64,000 nt of DNA from a virus (Duplodnaviria > Caudoviricetes), in the IMG/VR virus record IMGVR_UViG_3300025372_000639, positions 1 to 64,000 of that record; one strand, 5' to 3'. Positions 8,845 through 19,759 of the stretch are shown here, in pieces (position 1 is the stretch's first letter; each line of letters begins with the position of its first letter). A program made the position numbers and the translations under genes. Below the pieces are notes generated by a model. That model ran no database searches. It was not told the DNA's origin and worked only from the letters and a program-made list of their open reading frames with translations.

Positions 8845-11135
8845 AAAAATTATTCTTTGCCTTAATGATGCTATTATGCTGTGTTAAAGTATTTGCACAA
8901 GCGTATGACTCGATAGCCACTGCTTATGTTACCACAACTATATCACAGAACGTTGTGTTTAACAGCACCATGCAGGCTGGAGGTACATTTACCTTTAGCG
9001 TACTGGCACACAATGGCGGTGGCAGGGCGGGACAAAGTGATACGGCCAACGTTAAGATACAATTTTATACAAGTTCGGGATCATTAGTAACCAGTGTAAA
9101 CTCAAGTTACAACGCTAACTTACCGAACCCAAACGCAGTATGTGGTAATCCCTGTATTGATACTAGTGTCCCTTGGACAACGGTAACTACGTCGGCCACA
9201 CTGACTTCAACACAGGCTGCAAGTGTAGCATACGCCAAGGTCAGCATGTACGGTATTGATGGTAGTTATTGGGCCGGAGATTACGGTCCTTGGTACCGTG
9301 CTCCTACTCTACAACTTAACGGTAGTGGCAACTTATTGTATAATCCAGAGTTTGGACCATACAATGGTGTAACAGCACAGGGCTGGACCAGTAGTCCCGG
9401 CTTCGGTGCTTGTCAAGGTGCTTGGGGCGGATCAAATGCTTGTATTGTTAACAGCGACGGTGTACCGGGTACAAGTACAACAGGATTAGTTGCTAACCAA
9501 AACGGTGGCGGCCCAAGTTCCACTGGTGGTACTACAAGTGGACAGGCCGGCGGATACAATAGCACCATGAGCGTGACTAATGCCGGTACAGGAGCAACAG
9601 CAGGTTCACCACCTGCTCCTACCTTGGTCAGCACAACTACAACTAATACAACATCTACGATCATTGTAGGCAATCAACAACAAACCATAACAACACCAGT
9701 GACTACAAAAACTTATAGTGACGGAACACATACAACTACAAACGGAACTTCAACTACTACAACGGTCAGCAATACTGCATTTACCGGAGTTCATTTCGGT
9801 GCTGCCCAAGTAGCAGACGTTCAATGGGATGTATATGCTTGTACTCAAACTAGTACCTGTAATATCTATAGCACAATGCCCGGAGGAACATACAATACAG
9901 GAAGTTGGACCCCTATTGGTAGTAATCAATATATCACATTTATACCTAATACAGCATCAGACTCCGCTACAAATCCTTGGAGAATGATTCTAGTTAATAG
10001 TGACGGAACATTTACTGATTTAGGTAGCTGTACGATTACCGTACAAGGTACAGATAGTGCAGGCAACATTTACTTATTTGTTACAAATGATAATTGGAAC
10101 GGAACTTTATTAAGCGGCAACCTGGGACTAACCGGGCAAGGTATGACGTTTACAGGAACAGCAAATCCTTCAATGTCCGATACAAACTCATTAGCAGGTA
10201 ACATGAGTCCTACACCACTGGCTCCTGGACAGAGTGGAGGTGGAGCAGCTCCTACAATTACCAGTTCAACTACAACAAACAGCGTGAGTTCAAGTTCGAA
10301 TGTGGGGGCAACAACTACCACAACCAACACATATAACTGGAACGGAACAACGTATACAATAACTGGCACAGGAACTCCTACTACTATTACTACCGTTACA
10401 ACTCCTGTAACAACTAATACATGGAGTGACGGATCAACTACTACAACAAATGGTAGTAGCACTACAACAAATTCTACAACTTGGAACTACACGGTAACCG
10501 GTCCTACTAATGCTCCTACAAGTCCTTATGTAGGAACAAACGTTAATGGTGTTTATATAACTCAAGTCAACGCAGGCAGTAGCAATAATACAACTGCTGA
10601 CCAAAGTGGTCATGGTAACTATATGAATATTACATTAGGTGGAAGTAATAATACTACCAATGTTGGTCAAGGCTATACATTTAATACTATTGGCACAGCA
10701 AGCGAGTCAGCAACTGCTAGCAATTATAACGTACTAGGATACAACACATCCGGAAACACTAATACATTGGTTAGTTCTCAATTGGGATTATCAAATAGTG
10801 TTATTATCAGCAGTAGCGGTAACAACAATACTTCTACAATAACCCAATCGGGCAACAATAACCAAATGTATAGTTTAATAAACGGAAATGGAAACGCATT
10901 ATCATCTTCACAAACAGGAAATAGCAATATTGCTTCCACTAGTTTATACGGTAATAATAACGTGGCCAGCATTTCACAAACTGGTAGCAACCACGGTGTT
11001 GTAATAACTTTGGTAAATGCGGGTGGTGCCAACAATGCAAGCGTGGTCCAAACGGGCACAGGAGATGCTTATAGCCTACAACAAACCTGTACAAACTCAG
11101 CTGGATGCTCGGTCTCAGTTATTAGAAACAAATAA
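8841..11135 (+). CDS. large secreted Thr/Ser/Gly-rich protein with C-terminal curlin repeats
   Basis: signal peptide, Cys pairs, two Thr-rich linkers, C-terminal QxGNxN repeats. Confidence 0.75.
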   Translation: MKKLFFALMMLLCCVKVFAQAYDSIATAYVTTTISQNVVFNSTMQAGGTFTFSVLAHNGGGRAGQSDTANVKIQFYTSSGSLVTSVNSSYNANLPNPNAVCGNPCIDTSVPWTTVTTSATLTSTQAASVAYAKVSMYGIDGSYWAGDYGPWYRAPTLQLNGSGNLLYNPEFGPYNGVTAQGWTSSPGFGACQGAWGGSNACIVNSDGVPGTSTTGLVANQNGGGPSSTGGTTSGQAGGYNSTMSVTNAGTGATAGSPPAPTLVSTTTTNTTSTIIVGNQQQTITTPVTTKTYSDGTHTTTNGTSTTTTVSNTAFTGVHFGAAQVADVQWDVYACTQTSTCNIYSTMPGGTYNTGSWTPIGSNQYITFIPNTASDSATNPWRMILVNSDGTFTDLGSCTITVQGTDSAGNIYLFVTNDNWNGTLLSGNLGLTGQGMTFTGTANPSMSDTNSLAGNMSPTPLAPGQSGGGAAPTITSSTTTNSVSSSSNVGATTTTTNTYNWNGTTYTITGTGTPTTITTVTTPVTTNTWSDGSTTTTNGSSTTTNSTTWNYTVTGPTNAPTSPYVGTNVNGVYITQVNAGSSNNTTADQSGHGNYMNITLGGSNNTTNVGQGYTFNTIGTASESATASNYNVLGYNTSGNTNTLVSSQLGLSNSVIISSSGNNNTSTITQSGNNNQMYSLINGNGNALSSSQTGNSNIASTSLYGNNNVASISQTGSNHGVVITLVNAGGANNASVVQTGTGDAYSLQQTCTNSAGCSVSVIRNK

Positions 11136-11154
11136 TTTTTGCAATAAATAAGTG

Positions 11155-11703
11155 ATGAGAATAGCTGAATTATTAGAAGATGTACGCCAGGCATTAGACT
11201 ATGCTACACAAGCACACGCTGGCCAAACTCGCAGTGGCGGTGAACCATATATCGGACACCCTGTTAGAGTAGCAAATACTATTAAGCAATATAAGCAATC
11301 GCACAATATTGATGCACTAATTGCAGCCGCATATTTGCACGATACTATCGAAGACACTGATACTACACACGAAGCCCTGCATGATTTGTTCGGCGGATTA
11401 GTTGCCAGTCTAGTGTTAGAACTTACTAGTGATTTGGATCAGATTAAAAAGGTAGGCAAGAAGGAATACCTTGCCAAGAAGATGGCACACGATATGAGCA
11501 GTTACGGCCTAGTTATAAAACTAGCAGATAGATTAGATAATGTGCAGGACATTGCCACTGCTAAAGATGCAAACTGGCGAGCACGTTACAAAGCAGAGAC
11601 CCTACATATCATGGATTATATTGAGAAGAATCGTGTATTGTCCGGCACACATAAAAAGTTAGTTAAGTTAATTAGAGATAAACTACAAGAAATACCACAA
11701 TGA
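11155..11703 (+). CDS. HD-domain hydrolase, RelA/SpoT small alarmone hydrolase (Mesh1-like)
   Basis: AHAGQTR..GEPYIGHP, AAYLHDTIEDT, IKLADRLDN. Confidence 0.88.
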   Translation: MRIAELLEDVRQALDYATQAHAGQTRSGGEPYIGHPVRVANTIKQYKQSHNIDALIAAAYLHDTIEDTDTTHEALHDLFGGLVASLVLELTSDLDQIKKVGKKEYLAKKMAHDMSSYGLVIKLADRLDNVQDIATAKDANWRARYKAETLHIMDYIEKNRVLSGTHKKLVKLIRDKLQEIPQ

Positions 11704-13763
11704 AGAAAATATTATTATCTCCATGGTTGGCATTAGTAACACTTGCGATAGTCTTAGGCGTTCGATTTGCTGACTTTAGTTTTGTGGAGTCAGTTAGACT
11801 CCGTTATTTTGACCAGTTAGTTACTAGTCAACCTGCAAAAGACATTCCTGTACATACGGTAAACATAGATGAGGAGACGTTAGACAAGTATGGACAATTC
11901 CCATTCCCAAGATCAACCTATGCCGCTATTATTGAAGACCTTTATAAGCGTAACGCCGGGCTTGTTGTTTTTAATATTCTTATGCCAGAGAAAGACAGAT
12001 TTGGCGGTGATTATGCCCTATTTAGGACTATCGAGCAATATCCTACCGTACTTCCTGAAGTAGCAAGTACTAAAGGTAAAAATAAAACATTTGGATCTGC
12101 TGTACAAATAGTAGGACAAGATCCACATGGTATGCTAGTAGAGTATCCGGGTATTATTGCTAACATACCTATACTAGAAGAACGTGCCGCAGGTGTAGGC
12201 GTTGTAAATACTTTTCCAGAAATTGACGGTGTTGTCCGTCGTATGCCTTTGTTGATCATGAGTGAAGACACGGTGCATCCTAGTATAGCACTTGAAACTC
12301 TACGCCTAGCAGCAGGTGATACAAAGATACAAGTTAAGATTACAGACATGGGTGTAGAAGCACTTCGTGTACCTAAGTTAAGTAAGATCACGGTAGATCC
12401 TTTGAGTCGTATATGGATCGATTGGTCGGCTACTCCTAAGGAACATAGCTTGGCCAACTTACCAAAAGATTTCAACGGTGAGATTGTTATTGTTGGTTTA
12501 AGTGCGGCAGGTTTAGTGAATCCTGTTAGTACTGCCAAAGGTGAAGTATGGCCTCAATATTTACAGGCCAGTTTGCTAGGAACAATGTTGAACGGAACAA
12601 CTATTCAACGTCCTGTATATGCTGACACTTTAGAAATTGTGTCATTAATTGTAGCAGGACTATTATTATTATTTTTAACAAGGTGGATGTATGTCGGTAT
12701 TGGAACTATGGTTCTTCTTAGTGTGGCTAGCGTATATGGTAGCATGTGGGCTTATGCTAATTACGGTATTCTTTTTGACATTACTGCCTTTGTATGCGGT
12801 ATTGTATTGGTCGGGCTACATGCCTATGTCGCCAAATTCCTTGACGAATACTTCCAAAAATCTTTAATCAAGAAACAATTTGGAAGTTATGTAAACCCTG
12901 TCATTGTTGAACGTTTACAAAAGAATCCTGAATTTATTAAGTTAGGTGGTGAGAAAAAAGACCTTACTATCATTATGAGCGACATGCGTAACTTTACTGG
13001 ACTAGGCGAAACCTATGGTGAAGACGTTGTAGCATTTACACAGACAATGAACCGTTACATGACTGCTATTGCAGAACCCATTCTACGAAACAACGGTTGT
13101 TTAATCAAGTTTATCGGTGACGCAAGCCTACACGTACACGGGGCTCCTATTCAGGAGGAACAAGATCCAGATCACGCACATGCCGCAGTACGCACAGGAT
13201 TAGAAATGATCCATGCTGTTGAAATGTTTAACATTGAATTAGAAAAAGAAGGCAAGCCGCACGTAGGTATGGGACTTGGTATCAACACAGGTCCTACACT
13301 AATCGGTAACATTGGTAGTAAAGACCGCTTTGGTTATGACGTATTAGGCGACTCAGTTAGTTTAACAGCACGTTTAGAAAGTCAAACTAAAAATTACGGA
13401 CAAGTAATTATTATTAGTGAGTTTACAGAGAAGCGTGTCAATGATGTTTATTTTACATTACCACTTGATTGTATTGCTGTTAAAGGTAAGACAATAGGTG
13501 TTAACATCTTTACCGTATTCTACATGCCAGACGAAACCGTTGCCGATGCTTGGAATAGTGCTAGAGAGAAACACAAGGAAATGTTGGCATTGTATCGAGC
13601 ACAAGAGTGGGACAAGGCTATCACATTATGTAACGAACTTACAGGTGAGTTTGATAGTAAGATGGATCATTACTATGAAAAGTGGATTGATCGTATCGCC
13701 GAAATGCGTACAAGAGATCTGCCTAAAGATTGGGATGGTACATATCATGCTACTTCGAAGTGA
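11700..13763 (+). CDS. CHASE2-domain class III adenylate/guanylate cyclase
   Basis: GQFPFPRS and DGVVRRMP (CHASE2), 3 TM helices, SDMRNFT, KFIGDA, YDVLGDSVSLTARLES. Confidence 0.92.
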   Translation: MKKILLSPWLALVTLAIVLGVRFADFSFVESVRLRYFDQLVTSQPAKDIPVHTVNIDEETLDKYGQFPFPRSTYAAIIEDLYKRNAGLVVFNILMPEKDRFGGDYALFRTIEQYPTVLPEVASTKGKNKTFGSAVQIVGQDPHGMLVEYPGIIANIPILEERAAGVGVVNTFPEIDGVVRRMPLLIMSEDTVHPSIALETLRLAAGDTKIQVKITDMGVEALRVPKLSKITVDPLSRIWIDWSATPKEHSLANLPKDFNGEIVIVGLSAAGLVNPVSTAKGEVWPQYLQASLLGTMLNGTTIQRPVYADTLEIVSLIVAGLLLLFLTRWMYVGIGTMVLLSVASVYGSMWAYANYGILFDITAFVCGIVLVGLHAYVAKFLDEYFQKSLIKKQFGSYVNPVIVERLQKNPEFIKLGGEKKDLTIIMSDMRNFTGLGETYGEDVVAFTQTMNRYMTAIAEPILRNNGCLIKFIGDASLHVHGAPIQEEQDPDHAHAAVRTGLEMIHAVEMFNIELEKEGKPHVGMGLGINTGPTLIGNIGSKDRFGYDVLGDSVSLTARLESQTKNYGQVIIISEFTEKRVNDVYFTLPLDCIAVKGKTIGVNIFTVFYMPDETVADAWNSAREKHKEMLALYRAQEWDKAITLCNELTGEFDSKMDHYYEKWIDRIAEMRTRDLPKDWDGTYHATSK

Positions 13764-13883
13764 TGATATCTTAGATGAAATGACTAGGGTTTGGATTATG
13801 ATGTACTTCTGGCCTTACTTTTTAGCAGGTAATGTTGATAACTTTAAAGAAATAGGGCGAATGTATCGCCCTATGTGTAAGTA

Positions 13884-15341
13884 TTAAAGTGCGCCTAGTG
13901 CTTTACAATAGCCGATCATAAATCTCTTACATTCCTCATTGATATGATTAAAATCTATCTCATGCCACTTTGATTTACCAACCGTTGTAGGATCTAATCC
14001 GTATGTAGAATATTCTATTAAGAACCACCAAGGTGGACCACTAAATGGTTTTATGTCATTCACTAGCTCATCAACCCAGTCATAAACCATTAATTGATCA
14101 CACTTATCATTATACCATATAGGTTGGCCTTCGACTATCTTAAACTTAAATCCGTACTTTTCTGCGTTTAAATCAAAATCGCTTTTATAATAATTTCCAT
14201 CATTAGGGTGATGAATATGTAATGGATGCCACATCCATGAAGGCATTTTATTTTCTATAAACCATTCGTTAATCTTTTTATAATCTTCAAATGTTTCATA
14301 CGGTAGACCTGCTATTAACCCAGCAGTTACATTTATTTTTGTTTTCCACTTATCGTGATAGATATAAGGAAGATATTCTTTACCATGTTTTGAAGACCAC
14401 GGCTTCCCTATCATCTTTGCATTATCTTCCTGAAAACTTTCTATACCAAAAAACGTACCCACTAGCCCGTTTTCTAAAAACATATCTTCCTGCTCGGGAT
14501 GTGCGTGTAATAAATCTGCCCTTAAAAATGTAGAATATTCCAACTTAAAAGGTAAAGATTTAGACATGTTAGTAAATGCCTCTACAAAATCGCTGTCTGC
14601 ATTGAATGTATCATCAGTAACCGTATATCTTGTAGTACCAAAGTTTTCGTAATTATATATTAACTCTTCTCTAATGCAATCTATATGTTTAGTAAAATCA
14701 TTTTTACTTTTTCCTATATGGGGATATCTACAAAAAGCACATTTGAAAATACAACCTCTAGCAAACTCAATAGATAATGCCTCTCCTGGTTGAATGCAAT
14801 CTCGCTTATGCCATTGATGACTAGAACGTGCAAAGTCAAAGGTATTAGGTGTAAGATGTTCTGGTAAGTGTTTATTACCGTCTGCAAGTTCAAACCCCGG
14901 ATGTAGTGTCCCTTTATAGTAGTGATCAAACAATGCCAATGTTTGATTTTCTCCGTAACCTTTTATAACATAATCAAACAGCAGTCTGTTGGCAAATCTT
15001 TTACTCCAAATGAAACTGGTACTACCACCTACTATAAATTTAATATTAGGGTAACGGTCTTTTAAATTTTTAAATAAATCTACTATACGGGGAACATAAC
15101 TCTGCAATCTAGGATGTCGATAATCTGCCATAAAACCTAAACCAATAAATTTTGTCTCAGGTGTTATAAACTTGTTAAGAAATTTATGTAAATCTTCTTG
15201 AGGAATTAGATGTATAAAGTCAATGACCTGTATATCATAACCGTTATTTCTTAAATGAGAAGCAATACGATGAGTGCCTAATGATCGAACTACTGATCCA
15301 TCTCTGTGACAAAGTATTGTAGAAAGGAAAATTCCGTGCAT
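13884..15341 (-). CDS. B12-binding radical SAM protein
   Basis: RGCIFKCAFC CxxxCxxC, DDTFN, N-terminal cobalamin-binding-like domain. Confidence 0.85.
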   Translation of the reverse strand: MHGIFLSTILCHRDGSVVRSLGTHRIASHLRNNGYDIQVIDFIHLIPQEDLHKFLNKFITPETKFIGLGFMADYRHPRLQSYVPRIVDLFKNLKDRYPNIKFIVGGSTSFIWSKRFANRLLFDYVIKGYGENQTLALFDHYYKGTLHPGFELADGNKHLPEHLTPNTFDFARSSHQWHKRDCIQPGEALSIEFARGCIFKCAFCRYPHIGKSKNDFTKHIDCIREELIYNYENFGTTRYTVTDDTFNADSDFVEAFTNMSKSLPFKLEYSTFLRADLLHAHPEQEDMFLENGLVGTFFGIESFQEDNAKMIGKPWSSKHGKEYLPYIYHDKWKTKINVTAGLIAGLPYETFEDYKKINEWFIENKMPSWMWHPLHIHHPNDGNYYKSDFDLNAEKYGFKFKIVEGQPIWYNDKCDQLMVYDWVDELVNDIKPFSGPPWWFLIEYSTYGLDPTTVGKSKWHEIDFNHINEECKRFMIGYCKALGAL

Positions 15342-15386
15342 ATTGTAAAAAAAATATTTATACTCACATGAGATAGTAAATACAAA

Positions 15387-16184
15387 ATGCGATTACCACT
15401 TAACAAAATTAAAAGTCTTCAACAACAATTAGCTGAACATCCGTTACTCAACGACAACATTATCACAGACATAACAGGTATCCAAATTTTTATGGAGAAT
15501 CATGTGTTTGCAGTATGGGATTTCATGAGCCTAATTAAAAGTCTTCAACACTATGTCTGCCCTAGCACAACTTGTTGGGTACCTCGACAAAAAATTAGAA
15601 GCGGAACAGCACGTTTGATCAATGAAATTATTTTAGGTGAAGAAACAGACCTTGATATTGACGGTGTTAGTAGTATTAGTCATCACGATCTATATTGTCA
15701 AGCAATGCTAGAAATAGGTGCTGATGCTAGAATGATCGAGTCTTGGACTCATCAAGTGTCTATTCAAGGATTTAGAGGTGCTATCGAAACATGCGGAGTA
15801 CCAAATGCTTCTATGAAATTCATGCAAAAAACATTTGACTTTATAGATACCGGAGAAGCACATACAATTGCCGCGGCATTTGCATTTGGAAGAGAAACAA
15901 TTATTCCTAATATGTTTACTAGACTTGCTGAACAATTGAATATTACAAAAGCAGATTGTCCTAAGTTCCATTACTATTTAGAACGACACATTCAACTTGA
16001 CGGTGAAGAACATGGACCTGCTAGTCTCGCTATGGTAGAAGACCTTTGTGACCATGATCCAGTAAAAATACACGAAGCGGAACAGGCAGCATTAAAAGCA
16101 ATTAGAGCAAGAATTACATTTTGGAATGATGTTGCAGATGTAATTAGAAAAAAGAAACACGAGTATTACTACAACGCTTTATAA
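15387..16184 (+). CDS. DUF3050 heme-oxygenase-like diiron protein
   Basis: FMENHVFAVWDFMSL, INEIILGEE, YYLERHIQLDGEEHG. Confidence 0.85.
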   Translation: MRLPLNKIKSLQQQLAEHPLLNDNIITDITGIQIFMENHVFAVWDFMSLIKSLQHYVCPSTTCWVPRQKIRSGTARLINEIILGEETDLDIDGVSSISHHDLYCQAMLEIGADARMIESWTHQVSIQGFRGAIETCGVPNASMKFMQKTFDFIDTGEAHTIAAAFAFGRETIIPNMFTRLAEQLNITKADCPKFHYYLERHIQLDGEEHGPASLAMVEDLCDHDPVKIHEAEQAALKAIRARITFWNDVADVIRKKKHEYYYNAL

Positions 16185-17639
16185 TGCCCACAAGTCTTTG
16201 ATATAGTTTTTTAAAAAGTCATTAAACTTTTGTTCAACTAACTGCCAGTTTATATTTTGATTAAATGTTTTTGCAGTTTCTTTCAAAGGTAGACCAAGGG
16301 TACTTAATTCAGTCAATGCCCAAGTAGAAGGAGTCTGTTTACTTTTTAATTCATTGTTCAATGTTGATGCCCAATCCATTGCAATAAATTCATCGCAGTG
16401 ATCAGTATACCATATCTGCCTACCTTCTACTACACGAAATTTAAACCCATATTTTTCTGCGTTCAGATCAAATTCACTTTTGTAGTACATAGGTCCTCTC
16501 CAAATATTTAAGGGATGCCACATGGCGGATGGTATGTTATTATCTACAATCCATTGATTTACTTTAGAAAAATCTTCATAGTACTCGTTTGGAAACCCTA
16601 TTATCAATCCCATAGTAAGGTGTATTTGTTTTTGCCATTTTTCATTATATAGATAAGGTACATAATCTTTGGCGTGCTTTCCTGACCATGCCTTACCTAC
16701 CATTTTCGAATCCTCTGGATGAAAGGTTTCAATACCAAAGAACGTAGATACCATTCCGTTCTCTAAGAACATGTCTTCTTGTTCAGGATGGGCATGTATT
16801 AAGTCAGCTCTTGTGTATGCTACATATTGAAGTTTAAATGGCAACGACTTAGACATTTCTGTAAATGCAATAACAAAATTGTTATCAGCATTGAATGTAT
16901 CATCTGTTACAAAATACACGGTGGTACCGAAGTTTTCGTAATTATAGATTAGTTCTTCTTTGATACATTCCATTTCTCTAGTAAAATCATTTTTACCTTT
17001 TCCTATGTGAGGAAATCGACAGAATGCACATTTAAAAATACATCCTCTAGCAAATTCAATTGGTAATGATTCGCCGGGTTGAATGCAATCACTAGAATGC
17101 CATTTGTGTCTTGACGTATTAAATTTAAAATGCTTTATCTCGTCAGTGACAATGTGTTCAGGAAGGTGTTTATTTCCGTCTGTAATTTCAAAGGGAGGAT
17201 GTGCTGTTCCTTTATATACATGATTAAACAATGCCAATGTTTGATCTTCACCGTATCCTTTTACATAATAATCGAACAACGAACCATTTGCAAATCTAGG
17301 ACTCCATACATGTATGTTAGGGCCACCGAATATAAATTTTAGTTGAGGATACTTCTTTCTCAAACTCATCATTAAGGTTCCGAATTTTGTTTTTAAAGAT
17401 ATTATGTTAGGATTGTTAGGATCTGACATCATACCATATCCTATGAATTTAGTTTCAGGAGTTATAAATTTTTCAATTAGAGCTTCAATTTGATCATTCT
17501 CTAATGCGTATACAAAGTCTATAACTTGAATATCATATCCGTGTTCACGAAGATACCAAGCAACTTGGTAAGGACCTAACGGTCTATATATTGCAGTTTT
17601 ACGATGTGGAACACAAGCTGAAAGGAAAATACCATGCAT
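16179..17639 (-). CDS. B12-binding radical SAM protein (paralog of 13884-15341)
   Basis: same MHGIFLS start and RGCIFKCAFC motif. Confidence 0.85.
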   Translation of the reverse strand: MHGIFLSACVPHRKTAIYRPLGPYQVAWYLREHGYDIQVIDFVYALENDQIEALIEKFITPETKFIGYGMMSDPNNPNIISLKTKFGTLMMSLRKKYPQLKFIFGGPNIHVWSPRFANGSLFDYYVKGYGEDQTLALFNHVYKGTAHPPFEITDGNKHLPEHIVTDEIKHFKFNTSRHKWHSSDCIQPGESLPIEFARGCIFKCAFCRFPHIGKGKNDFTREMECIKEELIYNYENFGTTVYFVTDDTFNADNNFVIAFTEMSKSLPFKLQYVAYTRADLIHAHPEQEDMFLENGMVSTFFGIETFHPEDSKMVGKAWSGKHAKDYVPYLYNEKWQKQIHLTMGLIIGFPNEYYEDFSKVNQWIVDNNIPSAMWHPLNIWRGPMYYKSEFDLNAEKYGFKFRVVEGRQIWYTDHCDEFIAMDWASTLNNELKSKQTPSTWALTELSTLGLPLKETAKTFNQNINWQLVEQKFNDFLKNYIKDLWAL

Positions 17640-17682
17640 AGAATAATATTTATATGCGTACATAACTCCTATAAATATCTTA

Positions 17683-18231
17683 ATGCAAACATACACTTGG
17701 ATTCCGGGCACAGAGCCTGAATTAGATAATATCTTTGAACAAGCAAGACAGATTCAGTATAACGACCGCAGTCATCGATTGTGGGAAAACTATGATTTAA
17801 AAAGTTTCGAGGAAGTTTCTGCACTAACAATTTCATTCAATGACGATTTTGTTCCTGAAGTATGTTCTAGTATTTTAACAAGAGACTGCTGGCCAACTAA
17901 TGCTTACAGGATTTTAAATAGGACTTGGCGCCATACAAATAGATTAATAGGTGCAAGAGAAACAATTAGCCCAGAGTTTGCCGATTGTGCCCGCAGTCAG
18001 ATAGAATGGCTCAATGGCAACATAGAACCGGATTTGATTTTTATAAGCAGACAAACAGATAACTGGATGAAATGGGTTGTTAAACACTTCGATCAGGGTT
18101 ATAAGATGAAGTTTAAAATTGCCGACGGTAAGTATCTTACCTGTCCTAACGAATGCGATGATTCGTGTTGGCAACATATCATATACCAAGGAAGCAAGAA
18201 GTTTTTAAAAGGTTGGAAAAAGAGAGATTAA
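17683..18231 (+). CDS. hypothetical protein
   Basis: 182-aa ORF with TAAATA directly upstream. Confidence 0.6.
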   Translation: MQTYTWIPGTEPELDNIFEQARQIQYNDRSHRLWENYDLKSFEEVSALTISFNDDFVPEVCSSILTRDCWPTNAYRILNRTWRHTNRLIGARETISPEFADCARSQIEWLNGNIEPDLIFISRQTDNWMKWVVKHFDQGYKMKFKIADGKYLTCPNECDDSCWQHIIYQGSKKFLKGWKKRD

Positions 18232-18590
18232 TCGTCGCCGGCAGCAGATTTAATTTCTTCTTTAGTTGCTCTTCTTCCTTTACCAATTGGTGGAATTGGA
18301 TCTTCTTTTTTCTTTGTAGTATTAATATCTTTTTCTGCTTCGATACGTTCACGTTCAATAGTCTTACCGCGTAATTCCATAACGGTTTCTACTTTTTGAT
18401 TAAGACGTATAAGATCATTATCGAGCATACGAATACGATCAATGAGTGCGATAAGAGTTCCATTGGCTTGTCCTATAACAGGTTTAATTTCTGTGGTCAC
18501 CCAAGTCCACACATAGTATATCATGTAGCCAACACCAAATGCCGCTACAATAGGAAATCCATATTTGTTAATTAGTTCTGCTAAATCCAT
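18228..18590 (-). CDS. small membrane protein (GFPI motif, YvrJ-like)
   Basis: LINKYGFPIVAA TM helix plus coiled coil; paralog at 19437-19715. Confidence 0.6.
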   Translation of the reverse strand: MDLAELINKYGFPIVAAFGVGYMIYYVWTWVTTEIKPVIGQANGTLIALIDRIRMLDNDLIRLNQKVETVMELRGKTIERERIEAEKDINTTKKKEDPIPPIGKGRRATKEEIKSAAGDD

Positions 18591-19089
18591 GATCTTTCTC
18601 TTTACAATTATCAAAATGGTACCTGGTCATATTGGCACCTTTACCTGTTAATCCACAATGCGGACAGGTCCTTATAGGTTGTCTTGCTTGTGCATCTTTA
18701 AGTGCCTTTTTCCATTCTTCAGAAAATTCACCTCTAACTTTTCCTTTGTGTGCTTCAGCAATCTTTTTTTTATGTTCTTCGCTTTTAGGTTTACCAGCGT
18801 TACCTTTAGCGTTCGTATTACCAAAATATTTAGACTTGTTAGATTTTGGCTTTCTATTTTTTGCTTTCCATTCTTCACTTTTAGGAGAAGTTAAAATTTC
18901 TCGAACAATTTCTTCACCTGTCATTAGTTTTGCTAACCCCATCCACGCCCTTTTATCTTGATGTCGACCATATTGTTCATATAGTTTTCGATGTGCTTCT
19001 GCATGTTCTTCTATCGTAAGTGCCACCAAATTAGATGGGTCATCAGTACCACCCATATGCTTAGGTAAAATATGATGTAAATGTTTCAT
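18568..19089 (-). CDS. HNH homing endonuclease with NUMOD-like repeats
   Basis: HHILPKHMGGTDDPSNLVALTIEEHAEAH; SEEHKKKI; C-terminal CPHC. Confidence 0.88.
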   Translation of the reverse strand: MKHLHHILPKHMGGTDDPSNLVALTIEEHAEAHRKLYEQYGRHQDKRAWMGLAKLMTGEEIVREILTSPKSEEWKAKNRKPKSNKSKYFGNTNAKGNAGKPKSEEHKKKIAEAHKGKVRGEFSEEWKKALKDAQARQPIRTCPHCGLTGKGANMTRYHFDNCKEKDHGFSRTN

Positions 19090-19123
19090 ACATTTATTTA
19101 TCTATTTTATCTATTATGTTTGG

Positions 19124-19303
19124 TTAGTTGTACCCTCTTACAAATTGCTCTAGCTCATCTAATTTAACTAGTGCTAGTCCAGATTCTGTTTTAACCACTC
19201 TAAAATAATCCCCTGGCATCCAACCTAGACTTTTTACATCAAGTTCAGGATCTAAAACAATTTTGTCTTTGTATAAATCCCAAGTATAATCCATGTATAT
19301 CAT
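19124..19303 (-). CDS. small hypothetical protein (59 aa)
   Basis: manual translation MIYMDYTWDLY...LGWMPGDYF...; below the ORF-track cut-off. Confidence 0.45.
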   Translation of the reverse strand: MIYMDYTWDLYKDKIVLDPELDVKSLGWMPGDYFRVVKTESGLALVKLDELEQFVRGYN

Positions 19304-19436
19304 CTTAGTCCTTTCGTTGATCTACCAGACCGTCCATTATCAATCCTCAAATGTTATAGAAATATACATAGCATATATTGCAACAATAGATGCAAGTATA
19401 ACTATTACTTTCATAATTAGCTCATGGTGATCCATA

Positions 19437-19715
19437 TTAGTCTTTCCTTTGATCGGCTTGTTCTGCTCTAGCAATTCTGTCGTAGTCGGGTTGTAAGCCT
19501 AGTGCGTGACTTACTTTAACATCGATACGCTGTAGTTGATTAGTCATAGTATCAACACGGGCATCTAAACCTTTAATAATGCCACCCATACCATTGACTG
19601 AACTAGTAACACCTGCTAAAATAAACTTTAGAGTTAAGAAAACAAAATAGCCAGCGGCCATTGCTCCTGCAATAGGAAACCCAAGTTCTGCTACTAATTT
19701 AAAAAATTCACCCAT
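19437..19715 (-). CDS. small membrane protein (GFPI motif)
   Basis: LVAELGFPIAGA TM helix; AGGAG RBS. Confidence 0.6.
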   Translation of the reverse strand: MGEFFKLVAELGFPIAGAMAAGYFVFLTLKFILAGVTSSVNGMGGIIKGLDARVDTMTNQLQRIDVKVSHALGLQPDYDRIARAEQADQRKD

Positions 19716-19759
19716 CTCTTGCTCCTTTACTACTATTTAGTTGGTATATAAATAAATTT

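Noticed and set aside
9413-11059. Val-rich minus-strand ORFs
   Set aside because: Antisense shadows of Thr-rich ACN codon runs in 8841-11135.
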